Positions 1 to 13,316 of a DNA stretch of 64,000 nucleotides are shown here, piece by piece. The DNA is from Octopus bimaculoides (taxonomy: Eukaryota), in contig NC_068983.1 in the NCBI RefSeq assembly GCF_001194135.2, positions 145,528,509 to 145,592,508 on the forward strand, in the 5' to 3' direction. Within the stretch, counting starts at the first letter, position 1; the number at the start of each line of letters is the position of its first letter. A program made the translations under genes and the position numbers. Under the pieces are notes generated by a model. The model was given only the letters and a program-made list of their open reading frames with translations, did no database searches and was not told the DNA's origin.

Positions 1-109
1 TTTACAGTAATACAAGTCTTTAAACCTTTCATTCTTAACATTGAAGAAAAAAGAGAGAAATCCTGATTGCAGTTAAGAATAAAGGTTTAAAGACTTGTAT
101 TACTGTAAA
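1..109. repeat. Near-perfect inverted repeat (hairpin), 39/38-bp arms, 32-nt loop
   Basis: 1-39 tttacagtaatacaagtctttaaacctttcattcttaac is the reverse complement of 72-109 except for one extra C. Confidence 0.9.
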
Positions 110-737
110 AAAAAATCGCAAAGAATAAATTAGATTGCCGCGAAGAGGAGGAGAAGTATAACGTTTTGAACAAGACCTTTCGAAATTAATCTATTCTGCT
201 TTATGAGCTTTCTATAATCAAAATTAGTTGACGCATACTATCAATCGGATTCTCGTGTTTCTGATCATTATTAGGGTGTAATACATCGTATGCGTAATAA
301 TAAATAGATTACAATGTCCATATCAGATCAAGGCATTTAACTTCCAGATAGCTAATTCCACATAGCCGTAAATAGGAACCATGAAGTAAGAGAAACGATT
401 CGCTTTAATTAGTGACAACATCGTAAAAATTGTGGAGTATTTCGATGGTTTATAATACAGAATTCAAATTTTCTAGTAGAGGATGTAACAAAGAAAGAAG
501 GGGGAGAAAGGTTTTGGCAAGCTGACGTATACAGTTCTTGAAGATAAGTCAATGGGAATTTCTATGTAGTCGTCAATTTGCTAGAAATAGCAAGCTAACT
601 TCGTTACTCTACATATGGACGAACACATTGGGGTAGTGTGCTTCTGAACGTAGTGTCACTGAAAAAGGACGACATTGTCATCAAATAATTAAAGCAGAGA
701 TGATTAAAATAAATCTGTGTACATTTACAATTAACAG

Positions 738-913
738 GTTCGTGTACACTAAAACGTGGAAAGATCTTCGTTGAGAAATTCTCCTTAAGACAGTCCGATG
801 ATGTCACACACAAATCTCCTTGGTATGTTTTCACACACATTGTCTATAAAGAGAATTTTCTCTTCAGAGACAGCTACCGTACTGAAGGCTTTGTCATCAC
901 TAGAATCCCTTAG
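738..913 (+). CDS. Candidate terminal coding exon of an unidentified gene (57 codons)
   Basis: Acceptor tttacaattaacag|g at 737/738; phase-1 frame reads SCTLKRGKIFVEKFSLRQSDDVTHKSPWYVFTHIVYKENFLFRDSYRTEGFVITRIP* (TAG 911-913). No upstream partner exon established. Confidence 0.3.
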
Positions 914-1768
914 GTTATACATATGTTTAAGCAACAACCAGATGAAAACAAAATCTTCAGTAATGTTCTTTCACTTCATTGACTAATCATAGCATACTGC
1001 ACAGTTATCATTTCAACGTAATGTTTGTAAAGTGAGACAGCATTAACCTAAAAACTAATGAGTTAACCTGTAAGCAATCGCTCGATATTCTAGAAATATA
1101 AAAACCTTTCTCAGATATCACCTACTGCCTGAGAAAAGAGTAGATACACGTCATTTGTTCTGAGGTTTGTTGCCCGTTGCTCCTTCCCTCCATTTTCTGC
1201 TGCTTAATCCCCACCCTTTTTTTGTCTTTTTTTGTTTCTTTGTTTCCTTGTAATTAAATTGTGATAAATATAAAGATAATCTTTCTAGATACATTTGATG
1301 TAGATACAATATTCCTGGGAATAAAACACGATAGTCGCAGTTTGAATATCTTTGATCATAGATCATCATGACTGTGATTGATCTGGAGGTTAAACAACAA
1401 AACCGAAACGTCTAGAAGTAAACCAGCAAATTCAGTTGTGTTGTAACCTGTCCAATGTATTGGTTTGACTTAAACTTCAATGTTTGATCGTCTTCCTGGC
1501 TTCGGGTAACCCATTTCAAATTTTGAAGGTTTGTTTTTCGAAGATACAGTATTGGAAACGTTTGTTTAACATCGTTAAACCTAAATTTTCCAGGCTTTGA
1601 ACCAAATTTTCCACAATTAGATTTTACTGTATGCTTCTATTGTATACATATATATATATAAACACACACAAGCACACATTCATGCACATACACACTAATT
1701 CACACACTGTGTGAGTTAGTGTGTATGTTTCCCCACTGTGTTGGTCCCTTGTGGGCAATAAAAAATCT

Positions 1769-1821
<53 letters not shown>
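1769..1821. repeat. (CA)n microsatellite
   Basis: Pure CA run. Confidence 0.95.
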
Positions 1822-2510
1822 CTACACATGATGATCAGAAAATGTACTAACCACTAATCGAATATCAGTATTTTTAACAGAAACATTTAATTCAATAACC
1901 AGGTCGTCTCCGCAGTATTATAAGCCCCGCTTCCGAGCAAAGCCATGCGTCGGACCCCATAGTACTTATTTACACCAAGCTGCACCATTCATAGATTAGA
2001 ATTGGGCCCCTAGGCTCATGGGGCCTTCGGACAACAGTCAGTTATGCCCATGTCTTAAGACAGCACTAGTTAATAGTTAGAAATTTTTTAACGATTCTTA
2101 CAAAAGACCAACTCAGAAATATAGAAACAGAGTTAATTGAGTGATAATTCTTCCGCTGATTTGAATAGCTAACATAAAAAAACAATAGGTGGGTAAAATA
2201 AGAAATCTCTTGTTTGCATTTTACTCTATTCTAAAGTAATAAACTTGGTCGGTGTTGAGCAGCTATTCGATAAAGTTACGGCTGTAGTAAGATCAACGTT
2301 GTTTATATCAGGTGTCAGGAAACTTAACAAGGATGGTAGGTATTTCTCATCACAGATATTCGAGCTCGACCTTATTAAGAAGTGCACTGATATATATTAT
2401 TTAATACTAACGCCTCTCATGTTACAGTATAGTTTTCTGGTTTCTCTTCAGTTATTTTAACTTCGTTTGAGATCCGAAAACAGTTCTCTTATATTTCTAC
2501 CAATCCTTTG

Positions 2511-2544
<34 letters not shown>

Positions 2545-2547
<3 letters not shown>

Positions 2548-2771
2548 ACATGTTTCAGTCATTGGACTACGCCCATATTGAGGCACCACCTCGTAGAGAT
2601 CTACTCGCTCAAACTGATCGCAATACTTATTTTTTAAAAGTCGGGTACTTATTCTATCGGTCTATTTTGCTGAACTGCTAAGTTTCGAATACGTAAACAA
2701 ACCAACATGCACGAAGTGGTGAAGGCAACAAGCACAAATACACACACACGCACACACGCATACACATACAG

Positions 2772-2824
<53 letters not shown>

Positions 2825-3665
2825 CATACATACATACATACATACATACATACATGCATACATTCATATATGCATATATGCATACATACATACGAATATA
2901 TATATATATATATATANNNNNNNNNNNNNNNNNNNNNNNNNNNNNNNNNNNNNNNNNNNNNNNNNNNNNNNNNNNNNNNNNNNNNNNNNNNNNNNNNNNN
3001 NNNNNNNNNNNNNNNNNNNNNNNNNNNNNNNNNNNNNNNNNNNNNNNNNNNNNNNNNNNNNNNNNNNNNNNNNNNNNNNNNNNNNNNNNNNNNNNNNNNN
3101 NNNNNNNNNNNNNNNNNNNNNNNNNNNNNNNNNNNNNNNNNNNNNNNNNNNNNNNNNNNNNNNNNNNNNNNNNNNNNNNNNNNNNNNNNNNNNNNNNNNN
3201 NNNNNNNNNNNNNNNNNNNNNNNNNNNNNNNNNNNNNNNNNNNNNNNNNNNNNNNNNNNNNNNNNNNNNNNNNNNNNNNNNNNNNNNNNNNNNNNNNNNN
3301 NNNNNNNNNNNNNNNNNNNNNNNNNNNNNNNNNNNNNNNNNNNNNNNNNNNNNNNNNNNNNNNNNNNNNNNNNNNNNNNNNNNNNNNNNNNNNNNNNNNN
3401 NNNNNNNNNNNNNNNNNNNNNNNNNNNNNNNNNNNNNNNNNNNNNNNNNNNNNNNNNNNNNNNNNNNNNNNNNNNNNNNNNNNNNNNNNNNNNNNNNNNN
3501 NNNNNNNNNNNNNNNNNNNNNNNNNNNNNNNNNNNNNNNNNNNNNNNNNNNNNNNNNNNNNNNNNNNNNNNNNNNNNNNNNNNNNNNNNNNNNNNNNNNN
3601 NNNNNNNNNNNNNNNNNNNNNNNNNNNNNNNNNNNNNNNNNNNNNNNNNNNNNNNNNNNNNNNNN

Positions 3666-3699
<34 letters not shown>

Positions 3700-3843
3700 T
3701 ACAGTGGGCTTCCACATAGTTTCCGTCTATCGAATTTACTCACAAGACATTGGTCGGCCTGGGACTGAGCTGACGTGTAGTCGGGTTGAACGTAAGAACT
3801 CGTGGTTGCAAAGGGAACTTCTTAACCGCACAGCCATGTCTAC
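2545..3843 (-). mobile_element. tRNA-derived SINE family B (bipartite, microsatellite-filled middle), spanning an N gap
   Basis: Head on minus at ~3706-3843 (ggctgtgcggttaagaagttccc...gtagacggaaact) and tail at ~2545-2760 (cttagcagttcagcaaaatagaccgatagaataagtac...aatgactgaaac); (GATA)n/(TACA)n/(TA)n between. Same parts recur at 13317, 45121, 56960, 63845. Confidence 0.75.
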
Positions 3844-3906
3844 ACCTGTGCGTATATATTTACGTTTCTCCGTATGTATGTATGTATGTATGTATGTATG
3901 TATGTA

Positions 3907-4016
3907 TGAGGGTGTGCTGAAAAGTTCCTGGCTTTAAGGCTGTCGCAAAAGGCCTGGTTGGAGGTCCATTCTTCCGAGTTCTTTTACAGGGCCTAGAACT
4001 TTTCAGCACTCCCGAG
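3907..4016. mobile_element. Tc1/mariner-type MITE (~110 bp)
   Basis: TIR cores gtgctgaaaagttc / gaacttttcagcac, TA at 3905-06 and 4017-18; interior matches the reverse complement of the longer copy at 13447-13662. Confidence 0.75.
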
Positions 4017-5825
4017 TATGTATGCATGCGTGTATGTATGTATGCATGCATGCATGCATGTATGTATGTATGCATGCATGTGTATATGGGTGATAGCTGG
4101 AGGTGTTGACGAGGGTAGCGAAAATCTCAACCAGTTCTTAAAGCTCACTATTAAAATGGACCTACCGTTAACCGTCTAATTTACGAAATACAAAATTAAA
4201 ATAAATATTGGATAATAATTCTGTTTACACAGTGCTGTGGTGGGGGTTCGACAGAACCTGTCAAACCACCTCTGGTTACAGGGTTGTGTGTGTTCTGATT
4301 TTATTTTAATTAATTTTATACTAACAGAGAATGAGCTGGTTTTCAACTGAGAAACAACTTATTGGAATGTAGACGTCAATTGATAGTCATAGTTATGTAT
4401 GTATGTATGTATGTATGTATGTATACATGCATGTATGTATACATGCATGTATGTATGTATTGCATGTCATTACGTTAATGATCTATAACCTTTAATCTTA
4501 TGTGTATGTATGTGTATATATATATGTGTGTGTGTGTGTATGTACGTATCTATGTACATATATACACACACGCACATACATACATACATATATATATATA
4601 TATATCCGTATTCCCGAGCGTCATACTNNNNNNNNNNCATACATACATACATACATACATACATACATACATACATACATACATACATACATACATACAG
4701 GCATATCACGTGATTGCATGATCTACCAGAATAACGCATGTCGTTATACGTCGCTAGTCACAATGCGCTTTGCAGCGTTCTAGCTTTCAAACGCTGCCAC
4801 TCTACTGGCTAGGCGAGCAGGCTAACATTCTTTCTAATCGGAAGACCAGTCCGTCTCAGAGTTATCCATTTACAGCCGAGTGGACTGGAGCGACATGAAA
4901 TGAAATGTTTTGCTCAAGAACACAACGCGCCGACACATAATTCTGATATTCCTATCTCACGACCCGCTTGCCTCACAGCGTTTCTTCAACTCTGACAATG
5001 TATTTCTCGCCTCCTCTTAATTTGTGGAGTTCATCCATGTCTGCGGTTTTCCAGGACGTTTCTTGTGGACATTTTGAACAGTTCTGTCAAGCATCAAACT
5101 TATCTCTAATTTGAGTGATAGTAAGCCGCGATGGTGGATCTATTCGAAATTCCCCACTAAACTATCTTTGCGCTTCAACTGGATTTTCAAATTTCCAGTA
5201 GCACTCAAGGACAAATTTCTTTTGTTCGAAGTTTACTCTTCCTTCCTTCATTATTTCAAATGGGTTAAATTTAAAAAGAAATGAAAATTGAGTTATCAGT
5301 TGTTAAAGTGTGTATACAGGGAACACCTTGTACATACGCACGCGCGTGTGTGTGTGTGTGTATGTTCTCGTCTTTTTTTAATCCTTTGAAATCTTTCCTA
5401 AGGACGGAGCTGGTTTCTATCGAAGATAGAGTTGATAAATACATGTCAGGTCAATTATATCCACAATAAGAAAACCTCTAAGTAATCCTGTCATTTGCTA
5501 GAAATAACAGCCAGGCTCGTCTCAAATTCCGTCCCTGGAAAGGGCAAATCACGCCTTAGAAAAGGGCAAAATGGATAATGTAGTTCCGAGTGCACTCTAT
5601 ACATGGGCAAACAAAACTGGATGGTCACATTGAACTGCTGCTTATGATCATAGTTCTGTTTAATCAGAACTGGCCTGGGGTAAACAACAACAACGTTAAA
5701 TCGACGAGGTTTTTCCTTCCTTCGGGTGGTGATAAATGAAGTACCGCTAGTAAATTGGTTTTAATTCAACAGGCTCGACTACAGCCATTTACGAAATTTA
5801 CTCTTACGTCTAATCAACAGAAATC

Positions 5826-6036
5826 ATTGGTCTCAAATTTTGGCACAAGGCCAGCAATTTTGGCAAGAGGATAAGTCGATTACATCGACCACCAGTGCTC
5901 AACTGGAAGTTATTTTATCGACCCCGAAAGGATGAAAGGCAAAGCCGACCTCGGTGGAATTTAAACTCTGAACGTACAGACGGACGAAATGCTGTTGGGT
6001 ATTTTTCCCGGTGTGCTAATGATCCTGCCAGCTCAC
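5826..6036 (-). mobile_element. tRNA-derived SINE family A
   Basis: Matches the in-window consensus gagctggcagaatcgttagcac...gagttcaaattccgccgaggtcgactttgcctttcatcctttcggggtcgataaa with pol III A/B-box-like head. Confidence 0.85.
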
Positions 6037-6353
6037 GAAATCATTATTCTGTTCTACTCTAGGCACAAGGCCTGAAGTTTAGGGGGAGGAGGACAGTCGA
6101 TTAGTTGTTAGTTAGGATCTTTTTTAAAACGGGGGCCACATTTTTCATTAACGAAACACTTTGAAACTTGGAACACTGGTAGAATGTGTCATATAAAACA
6201 TCTTTTTCTCTTAGTCTGCTTAAAAAAAAAAAAAATCCATAAGTTTTTCCATGTTAAAGTTGTCGTATTTCTGTAATTTCAACCAATCACTGACGTCCAT
6301 TCAGCCGATATACATTAAGTGCCGACTACATAAACAAACGATTCTGAAACAAT

Positions 6354-6382
6354 TAACCCTAACCCTAACCCTAACCCTAACC
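6354..6382. repeat. (TAACCC)n telomere-like repeat abutting an N gap
   Basis: About 5 perfect taaccc units ending at the gap at 6383. Confidence 0.85.
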
Positions 6383-6854
6383 NNNNNNNNNNNNNNNNNN
6401 NNNNNNNNNNNNNNNNNNNNNNNNNNNNNNNNNNNNNNNNNNNNNNNNNNNNNNNNNNNNNNNNNNNNNNNNNNNNNNNNNNNNNNNNNNNNNNNNNNNN
6501 NNNNNNNNNNNNNNNNNNNNNNNNNNNNNNNNNNNNNNNNNNNNNNNNNNNNNNNNNNNNNNNNNNNNNNNNNNNNNNNNNNNNNNNNNNNNNNNNNNNN
6601 NNNNNNNNNNNNNNNNNNNNNNNNNNNNNNNNNNNNNNNNNNNNNNNNNNNNNNNNNNNNNNNNNNNNNNNNNNNNNNNNNNNNNNNNNNNNNNNNNNNN
6701 NNNNNNNNNNNNNNNNNNNNNNNNNNNNNNNNNNNNNNNNNNNNNNNNNNTTTTGGTATTATTGGATTTAATCATTTTGCTTTGACAATATAAAGGTCAA
6801 AGGTACAAAATCTACTATTTGAGTCCTTAGTGATTGAGTGTGAATACGCAGCAG

Positions 6855-6991
6855 GTAATTGATTTATCGACCCCGAAAGGATGAAAGGTAAAGTCGACCT
6901 CGGCGGAATTTGAACTCAGAACGTAAAGACAGACGAAATACCGCTAGGCATTTCGCCCGGCGCGCTAACGTTTCTGCCAGCTCGCCGCCTT
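6855..6991 (-). mobile_element. SINE family A (well conserved, tail-truncated)
   Basis: atcgaccccgaaaggatgaaagg...gaactcagaacgt...gctaacgtttctgccagctcgccgcc is the reverse complement of the family A consensus. Confidence 0.9.
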
Positions 6992-8179
6992 CACGAAATC
7001 ATTATCGCTACACTCAATTCCAATAAGCTGTGTAGTTAAGAAGTTCGCGTTTGCAATGACATGATTCCTGGTTCGATCCCACTACGAGATAGCTTGAATA
7101 AGCGTCGGCTATAATCTCCTCATGTCGACCAATATCTAGTATGTAGAATGTTGTGGATGGAAATAATTGGCGGAGCTATAGCAGTCCTTATGTGATTTAA
7201 CTTCACAACCTAATCTTTCGATACCTTTAACAAAGTTCACTCTGATGCAGCCGTTCAAATCAGATTTGTAGTTTCAGGGTAAGTTATGGAGTAAGTTCTC
7301 CTCTCTTTTCCATTCCAGTCAAAAAAGTCTTGCTGAAGGTAGTAGATGCTACCTTGACGTGCAAAAACACAAAAATCATTATTTTGCAATTCCACCATCG
7401 CTGCCGGGCGCTTTTCATCAGCTACTGATAAACTTCTGCGCTTTTTAGCATTATATACGAAAAACTTTCTCAAGGCGAATACTGCAGATTTGTGACTTTC
7501 GATAGTATATCCACGTTAAAGAAGATATACAGAATGCCGATTAATGAGAAAATTAAGGCAACAAGCATGCAAAATCATTAGCACGCCTCACAAAAACGCT
7601 TAGTGGCATTTCGTCTCTCTTTATGTTTTGAGTTCAAATTACGCTGAGGTCGACATTGCTTTTCATCCTTTCGTGGTTGATAAAATACGTTTCAGTTAAA
7701 CACTGGGGGTTGATATCATCAACTAGCCCCCTCCCACAAAATTTCAGGATTTGTGCCTATAATAGAAAGAATAGAAAATAACTTTTAATTTTATTCGTTA
7801 TAGATCACATTTTCTGAATCGTTAGCTACTAATAATCCGATCAGTGGTACAAAAAACAGCCTAAACTTACCACCTACCTACATTCTTTTGTGAAAAAAAG
7901 TTGACACGCCCAATCACTAAGGTCTCAAATAGTGGACTTTGTACCTTTGACCTTTATATTGTCAAAGCAAAAGGATTAAATCCAATAATACCAAAAGCAA
8001 CAAAAATACTGTCACACCTTGTGCCTACCTAACAAAAGAGAAACACCTACGGACTTGTTTACAAAGTTCTACATACATTAATAAATTCTAAACAATAACA
8101 TAACCCCAAATTTAATCAATTAGAAATTTTCCATAACAACCGACCATAAAAAACTAATTACCAAACCACCCAAAGGCCT

Positions 8180-10495
8180 CATGCTCTCAGGAATTACTCA
8201 TTGCAAACAAGCACAGGTGGAGTCCCTGCTCAACCTCACCAATGCCCTATTCATAGAGCAAGTTGTACTCAGACCAGCTAGGGCGAATAAGATTTTGGAT
8301 CTCTGCTTCACAAACAATATGGACATCGTTCTTGATGTGAAAGTGACGCCGACATTAGTCTCGGATCACAACTTAATAGAGCTGTCTATGTATGGGCCAA
8401 AAGTAGTCAGAGACATACAGTCTAAAGTAAGCACCCAAAATCTCTCCAATCTGAACTTCCACAAAGCAGACTGGAAATCGATCCAAACAGAGATTCTCAG
8501 ATAGGACTGGCCGAAATGTCTCTCCACACCAGACTTTGGCGTGAAACTAGAATCTTTCATGTCTGTTATACAAACTATATGCCAGAAATATGTCCAGAGC
8601 ACAAGGCCAACACAAAAAGGAACAAGATTCCAAGGGAGAGGAAGATCCTCATGAGACGACGGATGAAGGCTGCAAATCGCCTTAACGAACATTCCAAAAG
8701 TAGCGAAAAGTCCCGTCTAAAAACAACAGTGATGGAGATTGAAAAAAAGCTTGCAACAATCTTATGTGAGGGCGAGAGCAGACAAAGAAGCCTGAGTTAT
8801 AAAAAACCCCCAAAGGCCTTCTTTCATTATGCCAAAGAAACAACCTCAGTACGCTGCAAGATAGGACCTCTCTTCCAAAAGGATGGCTCCCTCACAGATA
8901 GTCCAACCAGGATCCGTGAGGTACTGAATGACCAGTTCAAAAGTGTCTTTACCACTCCGTTGGAACACAGACAAGTGAACGAACCAGTGGATTTCTTTGC
9001 CACCTCACCTATAACCGGCGAGGCAGTTACGATGGAATACATCGACATTAGCGAAGAAGATTTACTACTAGCCATAGATGAGGTGGACGCAAATTCAACT
9101 GCTGGTCCTGATGGTTTGCCAGCAATCCTCCTCAAATCGTGTAAGCGTGCCCTGGCAAAACCTCTACAGATTCACTTCCAGAGCTTTCTTGCAAATGGCA
9201 GACTGCCAAGCAAGCTGAAGGAGGGAATAATATGCCCAATACATAAAGGGGAAAGCAGAGCGATGCCAAAAACTATAGGCCTGTCTCTCTGACTTCACAC
9301 ATAAGCAAAGTCATGGAACGGATAGTCAGAGGGAAACTAATTGCACTATGACTGGGTATTGAGGCAGTTACTCAACAACTCAAATTTGGACATAATATAC
9401 CTTGATTTTGCAAAAGCTTTTGATAAAGTGGATCATGGTATGATATACCACAAACTGCGTGATCTCGGCATAGTTGGGAAAACTTGGAGAGTGGTTACAT
9501 AACTTTCTGAAAGATACAAATGAGGCAGTAGTGGCCAATGGAGCCACCTCAAAGAAAACACAAATAGTGAGCGGTGTTCCACAAGGCACTGTCTTGAGAC
9601 CATTGCTTTTCATAGTGGCCCTCTCAGATATGCCCTCAACTGCAATATTGCACATCTGCAGCAGGAGTTGGACTCAATTTACAGATGGGCTGAGGACAAT
9701 AATATGCAGTTTAATGCTGAAAAATTCCAATCCCTGCGATACCAGCGTCCAAAACTGAATATGAAACTTTCGGGGTATACTGGTCCACAGGGGATCACAA
9801 TCCGAGAATGATGATACCTCTTTCCAAGTGCACATTACCAGGATACCGACAAAGTGCAGATGACTGACTGGATGGATCCTGAGAACGTTTAGAACCAGAG
9901 CAAAGGAAATCATGATGGTCCTCTGGAGAACATTCGTCCTCAGCCGCCTGGATTACTGCTCCCAGCTATGGTCACCCAACAGTGTAAAATTAACAGCAGA
10001 CCTTGAAGCAATCCAACGAAGCTTCACAAAGAAGATCGTCTCATTGCAACAGCTCAGCTTCTTGGAAAGGCTAAAAAAGCTAAGACTCTACTCCCTAGAG
10101 CCAAGGTGGGATAAGTATGCAGTAATATACAACTGTAAGATCCTGGAAGGAACTGTGCCAAATTTTGGCATTGAAAGTTACACTAAACTAATGCCAGAAC
10201 GGGTCGACACTGCACAGTGCCAAAGATCCCAGCAATTCCACTGCGCTTCAGGACCAGTTATTGCAACAGCCTGGGTTTCCGGGGCCCACAGATTTTTAAT
10301 ATTCTCCCAAAGAGCCTGAGGGACCCACACAAAGTAGATGTAGGTGTTTTCAAATCTAAACTGGATCTCTTCCTGTCGAGAGTCCCAGATGAACCTACCT
10401 CACGACAAGAGGTGCAAATGGAGGTAACATCAAACCCCATTCTTCACCAAGTGCCACATATTAGAGGAGGCTCTAATTTTAAAAAAATATAAAAA
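8180..10495 (+). mobile_element. Decayed 5'-truncated CR1/L2-group LINE (ORF2: endonuclease tail plus reverse transcriptase)
   Basis: Motifs PARANKILDLCFTN and VSDHNLI (APE endonuclease), AGPDGLPAILLK, YLDFAKAFDKVDHG, SGVPQGTVLRPLLF, LSRLDYCSQLWSP. Multiple frameshifts and stops; YADD region deleted; A-rich end at ~10481-10495. Confidence 0.9.
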
Positions 10496-12404
10496 CATAC
10501 AATCAATAAAGAGACAAAAGAAACAGTAAGATGATACATGTTGATTTTATTAGGTATTATTGTTTATTATGGTGTTTCTGTTTATTTAGAAACCTACAAT
10601 GAACAGGTAAGACGCTAAACTATAGATTTCACAGGGTACAACCTTAAAGTTGACACCGCTCCGCTAAACGCAGAAAATTTCTGTCTCGCTATAGGCTAAA
10701 AATACCCAGTTTTTTCGATTTCTAAACCTCTGTAACTTCTTTCTCCAATTTTTTTCTCCACAACTTCATACCTTCAAAGTAATAAGACCGGAAGGCTGCA
10801 TTAATACAGCCGATTTTCAGATTTTTTGGTCACGTGTGTCCGGCTGCTATTTCTCTTCATTCTTGGAATCACCAAGCTCGCACGTACTTCTTTGCCCCTC
10901 CTGTACGTGCTTCACAGCGTTCAAGACATACACACTTCACGTTTGGCTGTACAGCCTTTTTGTTTGTTTATTTCACCGTTTCGTTTTCCTGTCTTGTTTT
11001 CCGTCCGCCACTACCCTCCCCGAAAACNNNNNNNNNNNNNNNNNNNNNNNNNNNNNNNNNNNNNNNNNNNNNNNNNNNNNNNNNNNNNNNNNNNNNNNNN
11101 NNNNNNNNNNNNNNNNNNNNNNNNNNNNNNNNNNNNNNNNNNNNNNNNNNNNNNNNNNNNNNNNNNNNNNNNNNNNNNNNNNNNNNNNNNNNNNNNNNNN
11201 NNNNNNNNNNNNNNNNNNNNNNNNNNNNNNNNNNNNNNNNNNNNNNNNNNNNNNNNNNNNNNNNNNNNNNNNNNNNNNNNNNNNNNNNNNNNNNNNNNNN
11301 NNNNNNNNNNNNNNNNNNNNNNNNNNNNNNNNNNNNNNNNNNNNNNNNNNNNNNNNNNNNNNNNNNNNNNNNNNNNNNNNNNNNNNNNNNNNNNNNNNNN
11401 NNNNNNNNNNNNNNNNNNNNNNNNNNNNNNNNNNNNNNNNNNNNNNNNNNNNNNNNNNNNNNNNNNNNNNNNNNNNNNNNNNNNNNNNNNNNNNNNNNNN
11501 NNNNNNNNNNNNNNNNNNNNNNNNNNNNNNNNNNNNNNNNNNNNNNNNNNNNNNNNNNNNNNNNNNNNNNNNNNNNNNNNNNNNNNNNNNNNNNNNNNNN
11601 NNNNNNNNNGTGTGTGTGTGTGTGTGTGTGATTATTATAATTATTTTTCTGAATTTATATTTAGTTTAGTCAGGTGGACGGTGTGTGTAGTGTCTTCAGT
11701 CTGCGTAAACCCTTCCAGAATTAAATTTTATACTGGGACCAGATTGAGTAATGTTATATCATCTTTCTAAAGTATTGCTCTTCCATGAGGTTTTGGGACT
11801 ACACTTCTTTATTTAAGACGATAGGGTGTTATTTGAGGGAAATTTAGCTGCTATATCTAGAAGTAAGAGAGATCAGGCAGAGGATATCCTGCTATTTCGT
11901 CGGCGTATGAGGACAAGCTGATGTATGATGAATGCAGTGATGCCCATACGCACACGACCACACATGCATCCACACACACACACACACGCACGCGCGCACA
12001 CTTTCCTAAAACGTAATGGATATCAATTACATTATACATATACTCATACACACACACACACACACAAGCAAACACACACAAACACATGCACACAGATACA
12101 CATACAGCCATACATCTTAACAAATAACCCATTCTTATCTTACATACAAGATAAAATGGTCAGCTGAAGTCCAATCCTTTGTTGACCTCATTCCTACTCT
12201 GACGTCATTCTAATTAAACCTGAGCAGATGGCCAACAATAAAGCGTGGCCTTTCTCTTGACCTTAATTCACCTGAAGAGATCTCAGCTGTAAGATTGAAA
12301 GCTTTTCTTGTCATCTTGTCATCGTCACATTCACTCACACACGCACACATACATACATACACACACATACACACACAGAGTTCAATCACATATATTCTCT
12401 TTAT

Positions 12405-12612
12405 TATAGGCACACGATCTAAAGTTTTGTGAAGAGGAGTCTAGTCGATTAAATCGACTCCAGTGCTCTGGTACTTAATTTTTTCGATCCCAAAAGGATG
12501 AACTGCAAAGTAGACCTCGACTGAATTTGAACTCAAAACGTAAACGGCCGGAAGAAATGCTGCTAGGTATTTTGTCCGACGCGCTAAAGATTCTGCCTGC
12601 TTGCCGCCCTAA
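12405..12612 (-). mobile_element. SINE family A
   Basis: Reverse complement of family A consensus, diverged. Confidence 0.8.
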
Positions 12613-12685
12613 CCCAACACACACACATATACATAGACAGCGCTGCCAAAATTTGAGACATTATCATTTTTATTATTAGCATTAG

Positions 12686-13165
12686 TATAACGGCGGTAAA
12701 CCGGCAGAATCGTTAGCACACCGGGCAAAATGCTTAGCGATATTTCTTACGTTCTGGGTTCAAATTCCGACTTTAATATTTAAATAGCTTAAGACGGCGA
12801 GCTGGCAGAATCGTTAGAACGTTGGGCAAAATGCTTAGCAGTATTACGTCCGTCTTTACGTTCTGAGTTCAAATTCTGCCGAGGTCCCCTCCCACAAAAT
12901 TTCAGGCCTTGTTCCTTTAGTAGAGAGAATTATTATATTAGCACGAAGGTGGCGAGCTGGCAGAATCGTTAGCACGCCTGGCAAAATGCTAAGTGACATT
13001 TCCTCCGACTTTACGTTGTGAGTTCAAGCTCCACCGAGGTCGAATTTGTCTTTCATCATTTCGGGATTAATAAAAAATAATTACTAGTCGAACACTGGTT
13101 TTGATGTAATCGATTAGCCTCTCCCACAAAATTTCTGGCTTTGTACCAAAATTTAAAACCATTAT
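12686..13165 (+). mobile_element. Three tandem SINE family A copies
   Basis: ggcagaatcgttag heads at ~12702, ~12803 and ~12959; first is head only, second internally deleted, third near full length. Confidence 0.85.
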
Positions 13166-13316
13166 TACTAATATATCTGAATAGGTGTGACATAAGTAAC
13201 AATTTTTGACTGAATGTAATTTACACTTGAAAATTTTTTTGAGTTTTTCTTTTTTTTAAATCTTACCTTCTTTATTATTTTTTTTATGAATATATAAATA
13301 AATCAGTAACCATATG

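Noticed and set aside
2312-2335. Possible 24-nt plus-strand exon (ttgtttatatcag|...gatg|gtaggt)
   Set aside because: Splice signals are plausible but there is no linked exon or homology; chance occurrence is likely.
2662-3937. Long ORFs across N gaps (also 6251, 10826, 31556, 52281)
   Set aside because: Artefacts of N runs and (TA)n/(TATG)n/(CA)n repeats lacking stops.
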